Source of the DNA: Acidimicrobiales bacterium | GTDB lineage: Bacteria > Actinomycetota > Acidimicrobiia > Acidimicrobiales > JACCXE01 | Direction of reading: 5' to 3' | Length of the DNA stretch: 64,000 nt | NCBI GenBank assembly: GCA_035546775.1 | Contig: DASZWD010000042.1 | Location: 5,781-69,780, forward strand | Shown: in pieces, positions 1-9,113 of the stretch | Layout: each line of letters opens with the position of its first letter | How positions within the stretch are numbered: position 1 is the first letter of the stretch | Position numbers and translations under genes: made by a program | Notes under the pieces: generated by a model | The model's input: only the letters and a program-made list of their open reading frames with translations | Database searches by the model: none | What the model was told of the DNA's origin: nothing

Positions 1-76
1 TTGATAGACGCTCACCGAGGTTCGCTGCGCAAGCCCAAGGAGCTCTGCGACTCCCTGAGCGTCGATCAGATCCTCC

Positions 77-156
77 GTGTTGACCTCTGGCGTCACAGCC
101 GGAGATTCTTCTTGGTGTTGACACCCGAATACAACAACCTGTATACAGGTGTCAAC
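77..156 (+). promoter_or_regulatory. Operator/promoter-like cluster upstream of the small ORFs and the XRE gene
   Basis: GTGTTGAC occurs at 77-84 and 115-122 (direct). GTTGACACC at 117-125 is mirrored by GGTGTCAAC at 148-156. Perfect palindrome ACCTGTATACAGGT at 137-150. TTGACA (118-123), 18 nt, TATACA (142-147). The stretch is AT-rich. Confidence 0.35.
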
Positions 157-262
157 ATCAAACACTCAAAGGTCGTGATCGTGCGCCAACGCGTCAGGAC
201 CTCACCCGGTACCTAACAGGAGGACCGCATGACTCAGATTCCGCAGCAGGCCGTGCTCGGCA

Positions 263-583
263 TTGCTTGCGTTCGCCAGGCTCGCATCGGCAGTCGACAC
301 CTTCCTCGCGACGCATCCCGACCGCGTTACAGATGAGCTCCGTCTGGCGCATGACGCGTTCCTCAAGGCGATGGACGCAGCTGCGCCGACTCACGCGGCG
401 ACGTGCGCGCGTTGCCATGCTCCGATCCTTCTGATCGGTAGCCGTTGGCTCCATTCGGACTCGTCGCGCGGCTGCCGCGCAGCGAGTTTTCAGTCAGACA
501 TGGGATGGAACGACGACCTCGATCGTCGATGGAAGGCGACACCGCAAAAGGGGACCGTGAGTCCCGTAACAGACGGCGGCTGA
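263..583 (+). CDS. Small hypothetical protein with Cys/His cluster (CARCH...H...C)
   Basis: Coding-like codon pattern over 106 codons, TTG start, no recognisable SD. No family recognised. Confidence 0.35.
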   Translation: MLAFARLASAVDTFLATHPDRVTDELRLAHDAFLKAMDAAAPTHAATCARCHAPILLIGSRWLHSDSSRGCRAASFQSDMGWNDDLDRRWKATPQKGTVSPVTDGG

Positions 584-664
584 ACGTCGCAGTGAACAAA
601 AAGGCGGTCCCGGCGGTGCGCCAACACCCCGGGACCTGGCCAGCACCTAACAGGAGGTTCTGAC

Positions 665-1117
665 ATGACCAATCGTAGTTTTGACGCGCGCGCCGACGAA
701 CGGCGTGAAGCACTCGGCCGTGCAATACGGAAATACCGGGGGGATCGCAAACAGAGTGAGTTGGGGGCCCTCCTGGGTGTCCCGCAGACGACCATCAGTC
801 GCTGGGAGGTCGGACTTGTCGATCTCGGTGTCGAACAAGTTCGCGGCCTTGAGCGCGCCCTCGATCTGCCGCTCGGCACTCTCGGCCGCGCGGCCGGATA
901 CGTGGACCCGTGTCTGACAGGTGACGAGGACACATGGCCCGGATTTCGGGTCAGCTTCGTCGATGACTTTGAGCTTGCGAAGTCGCTATTAGAAGCCGCT
1001 GCTGCGCTCGACATCGGCGTTCGCATCTTCAACCGTTGGCGCGAACTCGCGAACGGCGAGAAAAATCTTGAGTGGGTCATCGTCTTGTACGAAGACGCGT
1101 ACGAAGTCGACGAGTGA
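665..1117 (+). CDS. XRE-family helix-turn-helix transcriptional regulator
   Basis: HTH signature ...RKQSELGALLGVPQTTISRWEVG.... AGGAGG lies 7 nt upstream of the ATG. Confidence 0.8.
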   Translation: MTNRSFDARADERREALGRAIRKYRGDRKQSELGALLGVPQTTISRWEVGLVDLGVEQVRGLERALDLPLGTLGRAAGYVDPCLTGDEDTWPGFRVSFVDDFELAKSLLEAAAALDIGVRIFNRWRELANGEKNLEWVIVLYEDAYEVDE

Positions 1118-1176
1118 GCCCTCTGACCTGCGCTTTTGCTCCTGAAAAACGCGCCTTTCGGGTGGCCACTCGAGAA

Positions 1177-1266
1177 CCGAGTACCCACAAAGTGCGTACG
1201 CGCCCCGCATATAACCGAGGATCGAGTACTCGGAAAACGAGTGCGTACCAGCGCGATACACGTATC
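1177..1266. promoter_or_regulatory. Iterated GTAC-centred motifs and dyads in the gap before the recombinase-like gene
   Basis: CGAGTAC at 1178-1184 and 1223-1229 (the second inside palindrome CGAGTACTCG, 1223-1232). GTGCGTAC at 1192-1199 and 1241-1248 (the first inside palindrome GCGTACGC, 1194-1201). Dyad GATAC-AC-GTATC at 1255-1266. Confidence 0.3.
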
Positions 1267-1271
1267 ACTCG

Positions 1272-2324
1272 ATGGGTGCCCCGAAGGACCGCGCGACGGA
1301 TCGTCGATTCGCCGACTACGTGCACCCCGACGCGCCTGCGCGACCGAATCCAGCGACGATCGCCAGCTTCCTTCTTGCCCGGTCCGGCGAGTGGGACACA
1401 GGCCAGCCGTTGGCTCCCTACGACAGCGTGACGTACCGAGCCGACCGCTTCCAGCCCGATTCGGTGCCAGCCGACGTCTGGGAGCAGATCAAGCCCGTCG
1501 TCAACCAGGTGGTTCTACAAGCAGCGACCGGCCCTTTCCGTGCGAAGGAGATGTCGTCACTCGTTACGCAGATCGCATGGTGGTGTCACCGGGAAGGACT
1601 GCAGACCGACCTCGCCACCATCCTCAACCCCGACGTGATCGACCGCTTCGCTGTCGAAGGCTGCAAACACCTCAAGGAAGGGACCGGCGGCAACTACCGA
1701 AGCAAGCTCCGTCGGATCGGCCAGATCGTGATTGGGCCGCCCCTTTACCCGAGCCAACTTCAAATCAACCGATCCGACGTCACCGCACCGTATTCCGACG
1801 CCGAGGTCGGAGACATCGTTGGTTGGGCATTGGGTCGCCCCACCACCTACATGCGCGAAAACCTCGAGCCCGTGCTCGGCTTCGGGTTCGGAGCGGGCCC
1901 ATCGACGCAGGAGTTCATCTCGGCGGTCGGTACCGACTTTGTCGACTACGGCGACGTCCTCGTCTGGAATGTCGCCATCGGACGGCCACGGCAGGTGCCC
2001 ATCCTCAAGGCGTGGGAGTCGACGGCCCGTTCAGTCCTGGCGCGGGTTGGGGACGCACCAATCTTCCGTCCTGAGCGTGACTCAATCCGACGCAATGACC
2101 TCACGTCGTTCTTCACCAATTGCTCCAAGGACGGGGCGAAGGTGCCCCCTCTCACGTTTCAACGCTTCCGTGTCACGTGGCTCGTTCAGCACCTGCGAAT
2201 GGCGACTCCCCCTCGGTCGCTAGAGCTGGCGTCCGGTACGACGATCAGGCACATCGGTGAGTACACGCGTTTCCTCGCAGATCCTGCGCCCGAGCAGTTT
2301 CGTAAGGACATGCGCGGCGCATGA
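1272..2324 (+). CDS. Tyrosine-recombinase-like protein, apparently catalytically degenerate
   Basis: Layout resembles a SAM-like N-domain plus integrase catalytic domain: ...GAGPSTQEF...GRPRQVPIL...FQRFRVTWLVQHL...IRHIGEYTRF. Arg-I and His-II positions read P and Q. The stop overlaps the next start (ATGA at 2321-2324). Confidence 0.45.
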   Translation: MGAPKDRATDRRFADYVHPDAPARPNPATIASFLLARSGEWDTGQPLAPYDSVTYRADRFQPDSVPADVWEQIKPVVNQVVLQAATGPFRAKEMSSLVTQIAWWCHREGLQTDLATILNPDVIDRFAVEGCKHLKEGTGGNYRSKLRRIGQIVIGPPLYPSQLQINRSDVTAPYSDAEVGDIVGWALGRPTTYMRENLEPVLGFGFGAGPSTQEFISAVGTDFVDYGDVLVWNVAIGRPRQVPILKAWESTARSVLARVGDAPIFRPERDSIRRNDLTSFFTNCSKDGAKVPPLTFQRFRVTWLVQHLRMATPPRSLELASGTTIRHIGEYTRFLADPAPEQFRKDMRGA

Positions 2325-4093
2325 GCCAGGCCGCCAACTACGGCGACGAGCATGACGACCTCGAGGAACACCCCAATCGGCCACCGCGTGGTGATTGGAG
2401 CTTCCACGACACGGTCGTGCAGTGGGCGGCAGCAAGCATCGACAGAAGCGGGCTCGTCCCCCGCCTTGAGCTATGGCGAGCGACTGACCAAACACGGAGC
2501 GGTCGCCCACCGAATTGGCCTTCGGATCGTGCGTTGCTTACTGCGATGCTCCTGGCCGCGCGGGAAGGTCGACCATCGCTCATCACCGAGTACCGAGACA
2601 TCCTGACGAAACACATCTCCGCGACGATGCGAGACGCGCTCGCGATCCCTGAGCCTCCGCAACTGGACGACACCAATAGCTGGCTGGCCGCATACCGGAG
2701 GACACGCACGAGGTTTCGCGCGATCTGCAAACTCATCGACCCGTCGCCCTTTCCAAAGAATCGCCGGCTGTCGCCGGATGAGTTCGAACACGCATGTCGT
2801 GATCTGTCGCCTCAGCAGATGGAGCTCTACTCGGCGCGTCTGACGTTCGTTGCGAACGCCGTTCTCGAGATGAGCATCGCCGAGATTCCGGCAGCGGTTT
2901 TCGCGCGGTGGAAGGGATCGGTCGGCGTCGACGCCACTCCCATCCCGCTGTTCAGCCGCCCGCCTCGCACGTCGGGCAAAGGCAAGAACCGCGTGACTCT
3001 CGTTCACTCCGCCGACCCCGATGGTGGGTTCTACTCGCGGACCGCTGACGGGCAAGACGCGAACAACCTTGTCGACGCGTTGGACCGCAAGATCAAGAAG
3101 CGTTTTTGGGCAGACGAAGGCACGTTCGTGGTGACCGCGAGCGACGAACCCGACGAGGACAAGGACTTCCCGCACCCGTTGATCATCGGAATGGCTCCGC
3201 TCCACCGACCAGGCGTCGAACCTGGCGAGAACGGGGTACGGGCATTGGCGAACGTGCAGTCTCGTGGCTACCCCGCAGGCTGGCTCGCTGCAGACCGCGC
3301 CTACTCGAGCTCGGTCCCCGAGAAGTTTCAACTCCCCGCCAAAGCAATGGGCTACAAGGTGGTCTTTGACTACCGCTCCGACCAGCTCGGCCACCAGACG
3401 ACGCACGAGGGCGCGCAACAAGTGGACGGGCAGTGGTACTGCCCCGCAATGCCTGAGCAGATCGTCCTCGTCACCAAAGAGGAAGCGGAGTTAGAGCGCG
3501 ACTTGTACGAACAACGGATGCAGGCTCGTGAGAACTACGCGTTGCGTAGGCGCGGGAGGCCCGATGCCAACGGCGACACCCGTTGGGCGTGCCCTGCCGC
3601 AGGTCCCTCACCGACCGTGACGTGTCCGTTCAAGCAGAACCAACAGGGAACCGGGCTAATGCCTGTGTTTCCAAGCCTGTTACTCGAGGCGAAGAAGCCG
3701 AAGATCTGCCAACAGGACACGATCATGATTCCGCATTCTGCGGGCGCGAAGTTCGGACAAGAGCTGACGTATCGCAGTCCAGATTGGCACCGGCTGTACG
3801 CCGCGATTCGCAACACGAACGAGGGCATTCACGGCATTGCGAAGGATGGCGCGTACGAAGCGCTCGGCGTAGCGGAACGCCGTCGAGAACGCGGCGTCGC
3901 GGCACAGACGCTGCTGGTGGCGTTCCTCCTCGTTGGTGCGAACCTTCGAATGCTCGACAAGTTCCTCACAGAGGCAACGCCCGATTCCGATGGCGTTTTG
4001 CGCGTGCCGACTAAGGCTCCGCCGCCGTCGCGTTTACGGCCGGCGCTTTCGGATCACTTACCGCAGGACATCGACATCGACCGAGTTCTCTGA
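2321..4093 (+). CDS. DDE transposase, IS4/DDE_Tnp_1-like
   Basis: Candidate DDE neighbourhoods: GVDATPIPLF, LAADRAYSS and YAAIRNTNEGIHGIAKD (Y-x3-R-x3-E-x6-K, close to the YREK signature). A Cys-rich insertion lies between D2 and E. Confidence 0.65.
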   Translation: MSQAANYGDEHDDLEEHPNRPPRGDWSFHDTVVQWAAASIDRSGLVPRLELWRATDQTRSGRPPNWPSDRALLTAMLLAAREGRPSLITEYRDILTKHISATMRDALAIPEPPQLDDTNSWLAAYRRTRTRFRAICKLIDPSPFPKNRRLSPDEFEHACRDLSPQQMELYSARLTFVANAVLEMSIAEIPAAVFARWKGSVGVDATPIPLFSRPPRTSGKGKNRVTLVHSADPDGGFYSRTADGQDANNLVDALDRKIKKRFWADEGTFVVTASDEPDEDKDFPHPLIIGMAPLHRPGVEPGENGVRALANVQSRGYPAGWLAADRAYSSSVPEKFQLPAKAMGYKVVFDYRSDQLGHQTTHEGAQQVDGQWYCPAMPEQIVLVTKEEAELERDLYEQRMQARENYALRRRGRPDANGDTRWACPAAGPSPTVTCPFKQNQQGTGLMPVFPSLLLEAKKPKICQQDTIMIPHSAGAKFGQELTYRSPDWHRLYAAIRNTNEGIHGIAKDGAYEALGVAERRRERGVAAQTLLVAFLLVGANLRMLDKFLTEATPDSDGVLRVPTKAPPPSRLRPALSDHLPQDIDIDRVL

Positions 4094-4213
4094 GACCACC
4101 GCGCGACGCAGCGCGATCGAAGAGGTCGCCCTCACCTCCTCGGCCGATCGTTCGACGACAGAACCCCAAGCATCGACAGTCACGAGAAGCGGATTACAGA
4201 AGGGCATGGCACC

Positions 4214-4708
4214 ATGAGCGGCATGACCATCGCCGGCCTACGCGAGTTGAAGGCGTCACTCGACTCACTGGTCGTGCAACCGGAACTCTTTGACGGCGAG
4301 TTCTCGACGGAACAGCGCGAGGCGATCGACGATGCCATCCAGAACTTCCTTACGGCAGGCACCGAGATCCTCGCTGCAGTCACGCCGTACCTGTGGCAGT
4401 ACCGCGATTCGGTCAAGAAGGCGACCTTTGCGACGCGTGCGCGACGAAAGCTGCGACGCGCGGACACCGAGATCTGGGAAGAGGTGCGCCTGGTTCAACG
4501 CCCAACCATCGACCTCGGCGGCACTTCGCTGATGCCCGCTCGTTCGTATGTGACGTTTGAGGGCGAGGTGGCGTGGGAGCCCGAGCACGGCCTTGGACTC
4601 GTCTTCGAGGACGGCCGCCGCGTCGTCAAGGTCGGTCCCTACGACGGGCACGCAACGGTGGCTCACGCCTTTGGCGATCCCGCCCTGCTCAACGTTGTGT
4701 TCAAGTAA
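4214..4708 (+). CDS. Hypothetical protein. The C-terminal ...VAWEPEHGLGLVFEDGRRVVKVGPYDGH motif resembles DUF6985-type immunity-like proteins (from memory).
   Basis: 164-aa ORF with coding-like composition. The motif resemblance is the only evidence. Confidence 0.5.
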   Translation: MSGMTIAGLRELKASLDSLVVQPELFDGEFSTEQREAIDDAIQNFLTAGTEILAAVTPYLWQYRDSVKKATFATRARRKLRRADTEIWEEVRLVQRPTIDLGGTSLMPARSYVTFEGEVAWEPEHGLGLVFEDGRRVVKVGPYDGHATVAHAFGDPALLNVVFK

Positions 4709-4957
4709 CCGGAGCGTCCTTCAAACCGGCATACGCCAATCTGCTTGACGAAGTCGATAGCGGCCGGATTGTCTGGTGGGCGAAACCGCCGAGGTTCGCG
4801 TTGGCGTTGCTGTGTGCCCCCCGCCCGCATGGATTCACAAATCACCCCGGAGAAATTCGTGAAGCCGGCAGATTGTTTTACTCCGTCGTCACAACACCGG
4901 CTTGGGCAGCTGCTCCTGCCTGCGCATTCGGACTTCTGTCGGTAACCCACTCACTCT

Positions 4958-5530
4958 GTGATGGCTCTCAACGGAGGAACTGAACCCCGGCAGCAATCCA
5001 AGTCGGGCGCACACGCGAAGGTTCGCGGATTGAGAAGCGTGCTCCTAGTGTTCATCGCGGTCGTAGCCGTCGGTTGTTCATCCGGAAATTCGCCTAGCCG
5101 TAGTCGCACGTTTGGTCGTAGCGGCGACCAACTCGTGTTGACCCCGACGAGCGCCGCTCATCACGTCAGTCACGCGGCAGCGAAGCGAATCCTCGACCAT
5201 CCGTTCACGATGCCGGCGTCGAGCAAGCCCGAGGTGCTGTATGAGGGGCTGGTCAAGCTGCACTCGCAAGGAGCCACCGATATGACTGGCTCAGGAACGA
5301 ACCTCAATCATCGCGTCGTCGCGATTTCAACGCTGGAAGGCCGTGTCGTGTGGGTACGGGTCAGCCGCGTGACCAAGGGAGTGGTCTTTAGCTGCCCGAT
5401 GGAACCCGCGGGCGCAACGACGATCGCTCACCGCGACGTTTCGCCGACGTTCTTTGCCGTCGTCGTGGACGCCTCCACCGGGGACGAGGCGGACTGGGTC
5501 GAGACGCTGAGCGGCAATCCCTGCTCATGA
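4958..5530 (+). CDS. Putative lipoprotein of unknown function
   Basis: N-terminal basic region, hydrophobic stretch and lipobox-like VAVGCSS. No family recognised. Confidence 0.55.
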   Translation: MMALNGGTEPRQQSKSGAHAKVRGLRSVLLVFIAVVAVGCSSGNSPSRSRTFGRSGDQLVLTPTSAAHHVSHAAAKRILDHPFTMPASSKPEVLYEGLVKLHSQGATDMTGSGTNLNHRVVAISTLEGRVVWVRVSRVTKGVVFSCPMEPAGATTIAHRDVSPTFFAVVVDASTGDEADWVETLSGNPCS

Positions 5531-5593
5531 TCTAGCCCACGGACGCACGGTCATCGCCCGCCGCCCAACCAACCAAACCAGACCGAACCAAGC

Positions 5594-5665
5594 GTTTCAA
5601 GCACTGAAACGCGCGGCAAATGAGCCCGAAATGGCGCTGCGGGCGCGCGTTTCAGTGCTCGAAAC
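5594..5665 (-). terminator. 22-bp-stem hairpin that includes the stop codon of the GDPD gene (putative terminator, no U-tract)
   Basis: GTTTCAAGCACTGAAACGCGCG (5594-5615) pairs with CGCGCGTTTCAGTGCTCGAAAC (5644-5665). The single mismatch is A/C on the plus strand but G-U in minus-strand RNA. Confidence 0.5.
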
Positions 5666-6518
5666 CCCGATCGAACGCGACGCCGCGGCGTTGCAGGACC
5701 GCTTCGAGCACCAAGGGGCGGTCGGTCATGATGCCGTCGACGCCGAGGTCGACGAGTCGTTCCATCTCGTCGGGTTCGTCGATCGTCCACACGTGCACGG
5801 CGAGGCCGTGGTCGTGGGCCCGGGCGACGAAGCGCTCGTCGGCGACGACGATGTCGCCGAACGTCGCCGGCACCTGCAGGGCGCGGTGGTGCGTCGCCGG
5901 TAGTGGCGCGTCGTCCTGCACCGCTTGCCAGATGGCGGTCGTCAGCACGGTGCCGCACGACGTGTGGATCTCGGGGGCAATCGCGCTGAAGGCGTCGGTG
6001 GCGCGGTCGTCGAACGAGGCGACGATCACGTCGTCGGTGCGGTCGAACTCACGCAGCAGATCGGCGACGCGGTGCTCGTAGGGCGCGACCGCCGGCGCCG
6101 TCTGCTTGATGTCGAGGTTGAGGAACACGCCGGGGAACTCCTCGAGCACCTCGCGCAACGTGGCGATCCCGAAGGACGGGTCCGTTACCGCCTTGCCGCG
6201 ATGGACGTATTCGTGCTCGGCACGATCGTCGGCTACGACTTCGCCCGGCACCCACCAGTGGGCGTTGTCGAGCCGGCGCAGTTCGTCGTAGGTCAGCTGC
6301 GCAATTGCACCGCGGGCCGGGGTGGTGCGGTCGACGGTGGCGTCGTGGCACACCACGACCACGCCGTCGGCCGTGGCGTGCACGTCGAGCTCGAGGGCGT
6401 CGGCGCCGCCGGCGACGGCTCGGCGCAAGGCGAACAGCGTGCTCGACGGAGCCTCACGCGCCCCGCCCTGGTGCGCGTAGTTCAGGACTCGCCGCGCGAG
6501 CCAGGGGTTGGCGGCCAC
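5652..6518 (-). CDS. Glycerophosphodiester phosphodiesterase (GDPD family)
   Basis: NYAHQGGAREAPSSTLFAL...ALELDVHATADGVVVVCHD, typical of the GDPD N-terminus. Confidence 0.88.
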   Translation of the reverse strand: MAANPWLARRVLNYAHQGGAREAPSSTLFALRRAVAGGADALELDVHATADGVVVVCHDATVDRTTPARGAIAQLTYDELRRLDNAHWWVPGEVVADDRAEHEYVHRGKAVTDPSFGIATLREVLEEFPGVFLNLDIKQTAPAVAPYEHRVADLLREFDRTDDVIVASFDDRATDAFSAIAPEIHTSCGTVLTTAIWQAVQDDAPLPATHHRALQVPATFGDIVVADERFVARAHDHGLAVHVWTIDEPDEMERLVDLGVDGIMTDRPLVLEAVLQRRGVAFDRGFEH

Positions 6519-6527
6519 GGCCCCGGT

Positions 6528-7787
6528 TTACGCCGCGGTGAGTGAGACGGGCAACGCGGACAGGCCGCGCAGCGCCAGGGAGGTGCGCCAGTCGGGGGTG
6601 TCGAAGCGCGCTTCGATGGCGCGCGTGCGGCTGAGAAGTTCGTTGAAGATGACTTCGCCTTCCATGCGGGCCAGCGAGGCGCCGATGCAGTGATGGATGC
6701 CCCAGCCGAAGCTGAGCGGGACGTTGTCCGTGCGGCTGACGTCGAAGGTCTCGGCATCCTTGAAGTGCGACGGGTCGCGGTTGGCGGCGCCCTGCAGGAT
6801 GATCACGGGTGTTGCTGTTGCCAGCGGCTCGCCGGCGACCTCCGCGTCTTGGAGGGCGACGCGGATGTTGAGCTGCACCGGGCTGTCCCAGCGCAGCAGT
6901 TCGTCGACGGCGCGAGGCGCCAGCGCCGGATCGGCGCGCCACGCGTCCATCTGCGCGGGATGTTGCAGCAGGGCGAGCAGACCGTTGCCGATGAGGTTCG
7001 TGGTCGTCTCGAACCCGGCGATGAACAACAGCACCGCGGTGGCGATGACCTCGTCGTCGCTCAGGGCGTCGCCCGCCTCGCGCGCCGCGATCATTCCCGA
7101 AAGCAGGTCGTCGCCGGGCTCGGCGCGGCGCTGCGCCACCAGGTCTTCGAAGTAGCGGCGCGTCTGTTCCATGGCGTGCATCGCCGCACGTGCCGCGGCG
7201 TCGTCGTTGGAACCCATCGCACCGATGACCGCCGAGCGGATCATCGTCTGGAACCCGGCGCGGTCGGCTACCGGCACGCCGAGGAGGTCGCCGATCACGG
7301 TGACGGGCACCTGGAGGGCCAAGGCCTCCATCACCTCCACGTCGCCGGCGTCGAGCATGGCGTCGACGTAGTGCGACGCCAGTCGCTGCACGCCGGGCCG
7401 CATCGCCTCGGTGCGCGACGGCGTGAAGGCGCGCGACACGAGACGGCGCAACCGCGTGTGGTCCGGTGGGTCGGCGAAGAGCATGTTGTTGCCGCGCGTC
7501 AGGAACGAGTCGCGTGTCTCGGCATCGACGTTGCCGACGCCGCGCAGCACGCCGAGGATGCCGCCGCCTTCGGCCATCAGTGCGGTGCCGCGGCCCAGGC
7601 GCGGGTCGCGCAGCGCCGTCATGCAGTCGTCGTAGCCCGACAACACGACGGGGCCGAACCCGGTGCGCAGCACCGGTGCGGTGTCGCGCAGCTGGCGGTA
7701 CACCGGGTACGGGTCGCGGCGCGCCTCGGGCGACACGAACAGCTGCAACAGCAGGCCATCAGCGGTGGGGTCGACCACAGCAGGCAT
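6528..7787 (-). CDS. Cytochrome P450
   Basis: I-helix LFIAGFETTTN, ExxR (ELLRWDSP) and heme loop FGWGIHHCIGASLAR. Confidence 0.92.
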   Translation of the reverse strand: MPAVVDPTADGLLLQLFVSPEARRDPYPVYRQLRDTAPVLRTGFGPVVLSGYDDCMTALRDPRLGRGTALMAEGGGILGVLRGVGNVDAETRDSFLTRGNNMLFADPPDHTRLRRLVSRAFTPSRTEAMRPGVQRLASHYVDAMLDAGDVEVMEALALQVPVTVIGDLLGVPVADRAGFQTMIRSAVIGAMGSNDDAAARAAMHAMEQTRRYFEDLVAQRRAEPGDDLLSGMIAAREAGDALSDDEVIATAVLLFIAGFETTTNLIGNGLLALLQHPAQMDAWRADPALAPRAVDELLRWDSPVQLNIRVALQDAEVAGEPLATATPVIILQGAANRDPSHFKDAETFDVSRTDNVPLSFGWGIHHCIGASLARMEGEVIFNELLSRTRAIEARFDTPDWRTSLALRGLSALPVSLTAA

Positions 7788-7796
7788 TGGAGACTC

Positions 7797-9109
<1,313 letters not shown>

Positions 9110-9113
<4 letters not shown>

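Larger units (their letters stand above)
1..5593 (+). mobile_element. Putative accessory/mobile island (partial, left end outside window): XRE regulator, recombinase-like protein, DDE transposase, two cargo genes
   Basis: All convincing genes are co-oriented. GC and GC3 bias are visibly lower than in the rest of the window (by eye, not computed). It contains a DDE transposase and ends next to a chromosomal hairpin at 5594-5665. Confidence 0.5.

Noticed and set aside
1-216. 71-aa ORF running from the window edge.
   Set aside because: The region contains the AT-rich palindromes and a promoter-like sequence. The translation looks non-protein-like (TTG start, mixed composition). It may still include the 3' end of an upstream gene in its first ~60 nt.
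490-1188. 232-aa minus-strand ORF across the XRE gene.
   Set aside because: It is antisense to a gene with a clear HTH motif and SD. It is Ser/Arg/Pro-rich with no motif.
4709-5651. Search for a tRNA/tmRNA integration target in the non-coding gaps of the island (4709-4957 and 5531-5651).
   Set aside because: I found no GGTTCGAnnCC-type T-arm or cloverleaf by eye. This needs tRNAscan-SE or Aragorn to be definitive.
5594-5665. The 22-bp inverted repeat, considered as transposon terminal inverted repeats or an att site.
   Set aside because: The two arms are only 28 nt apart and one arm is the 3' end of the GDPD gene. A transcript hairpin explains it better (G-U pair on the minus strand). No matching copy was seen elsewhere in the window.
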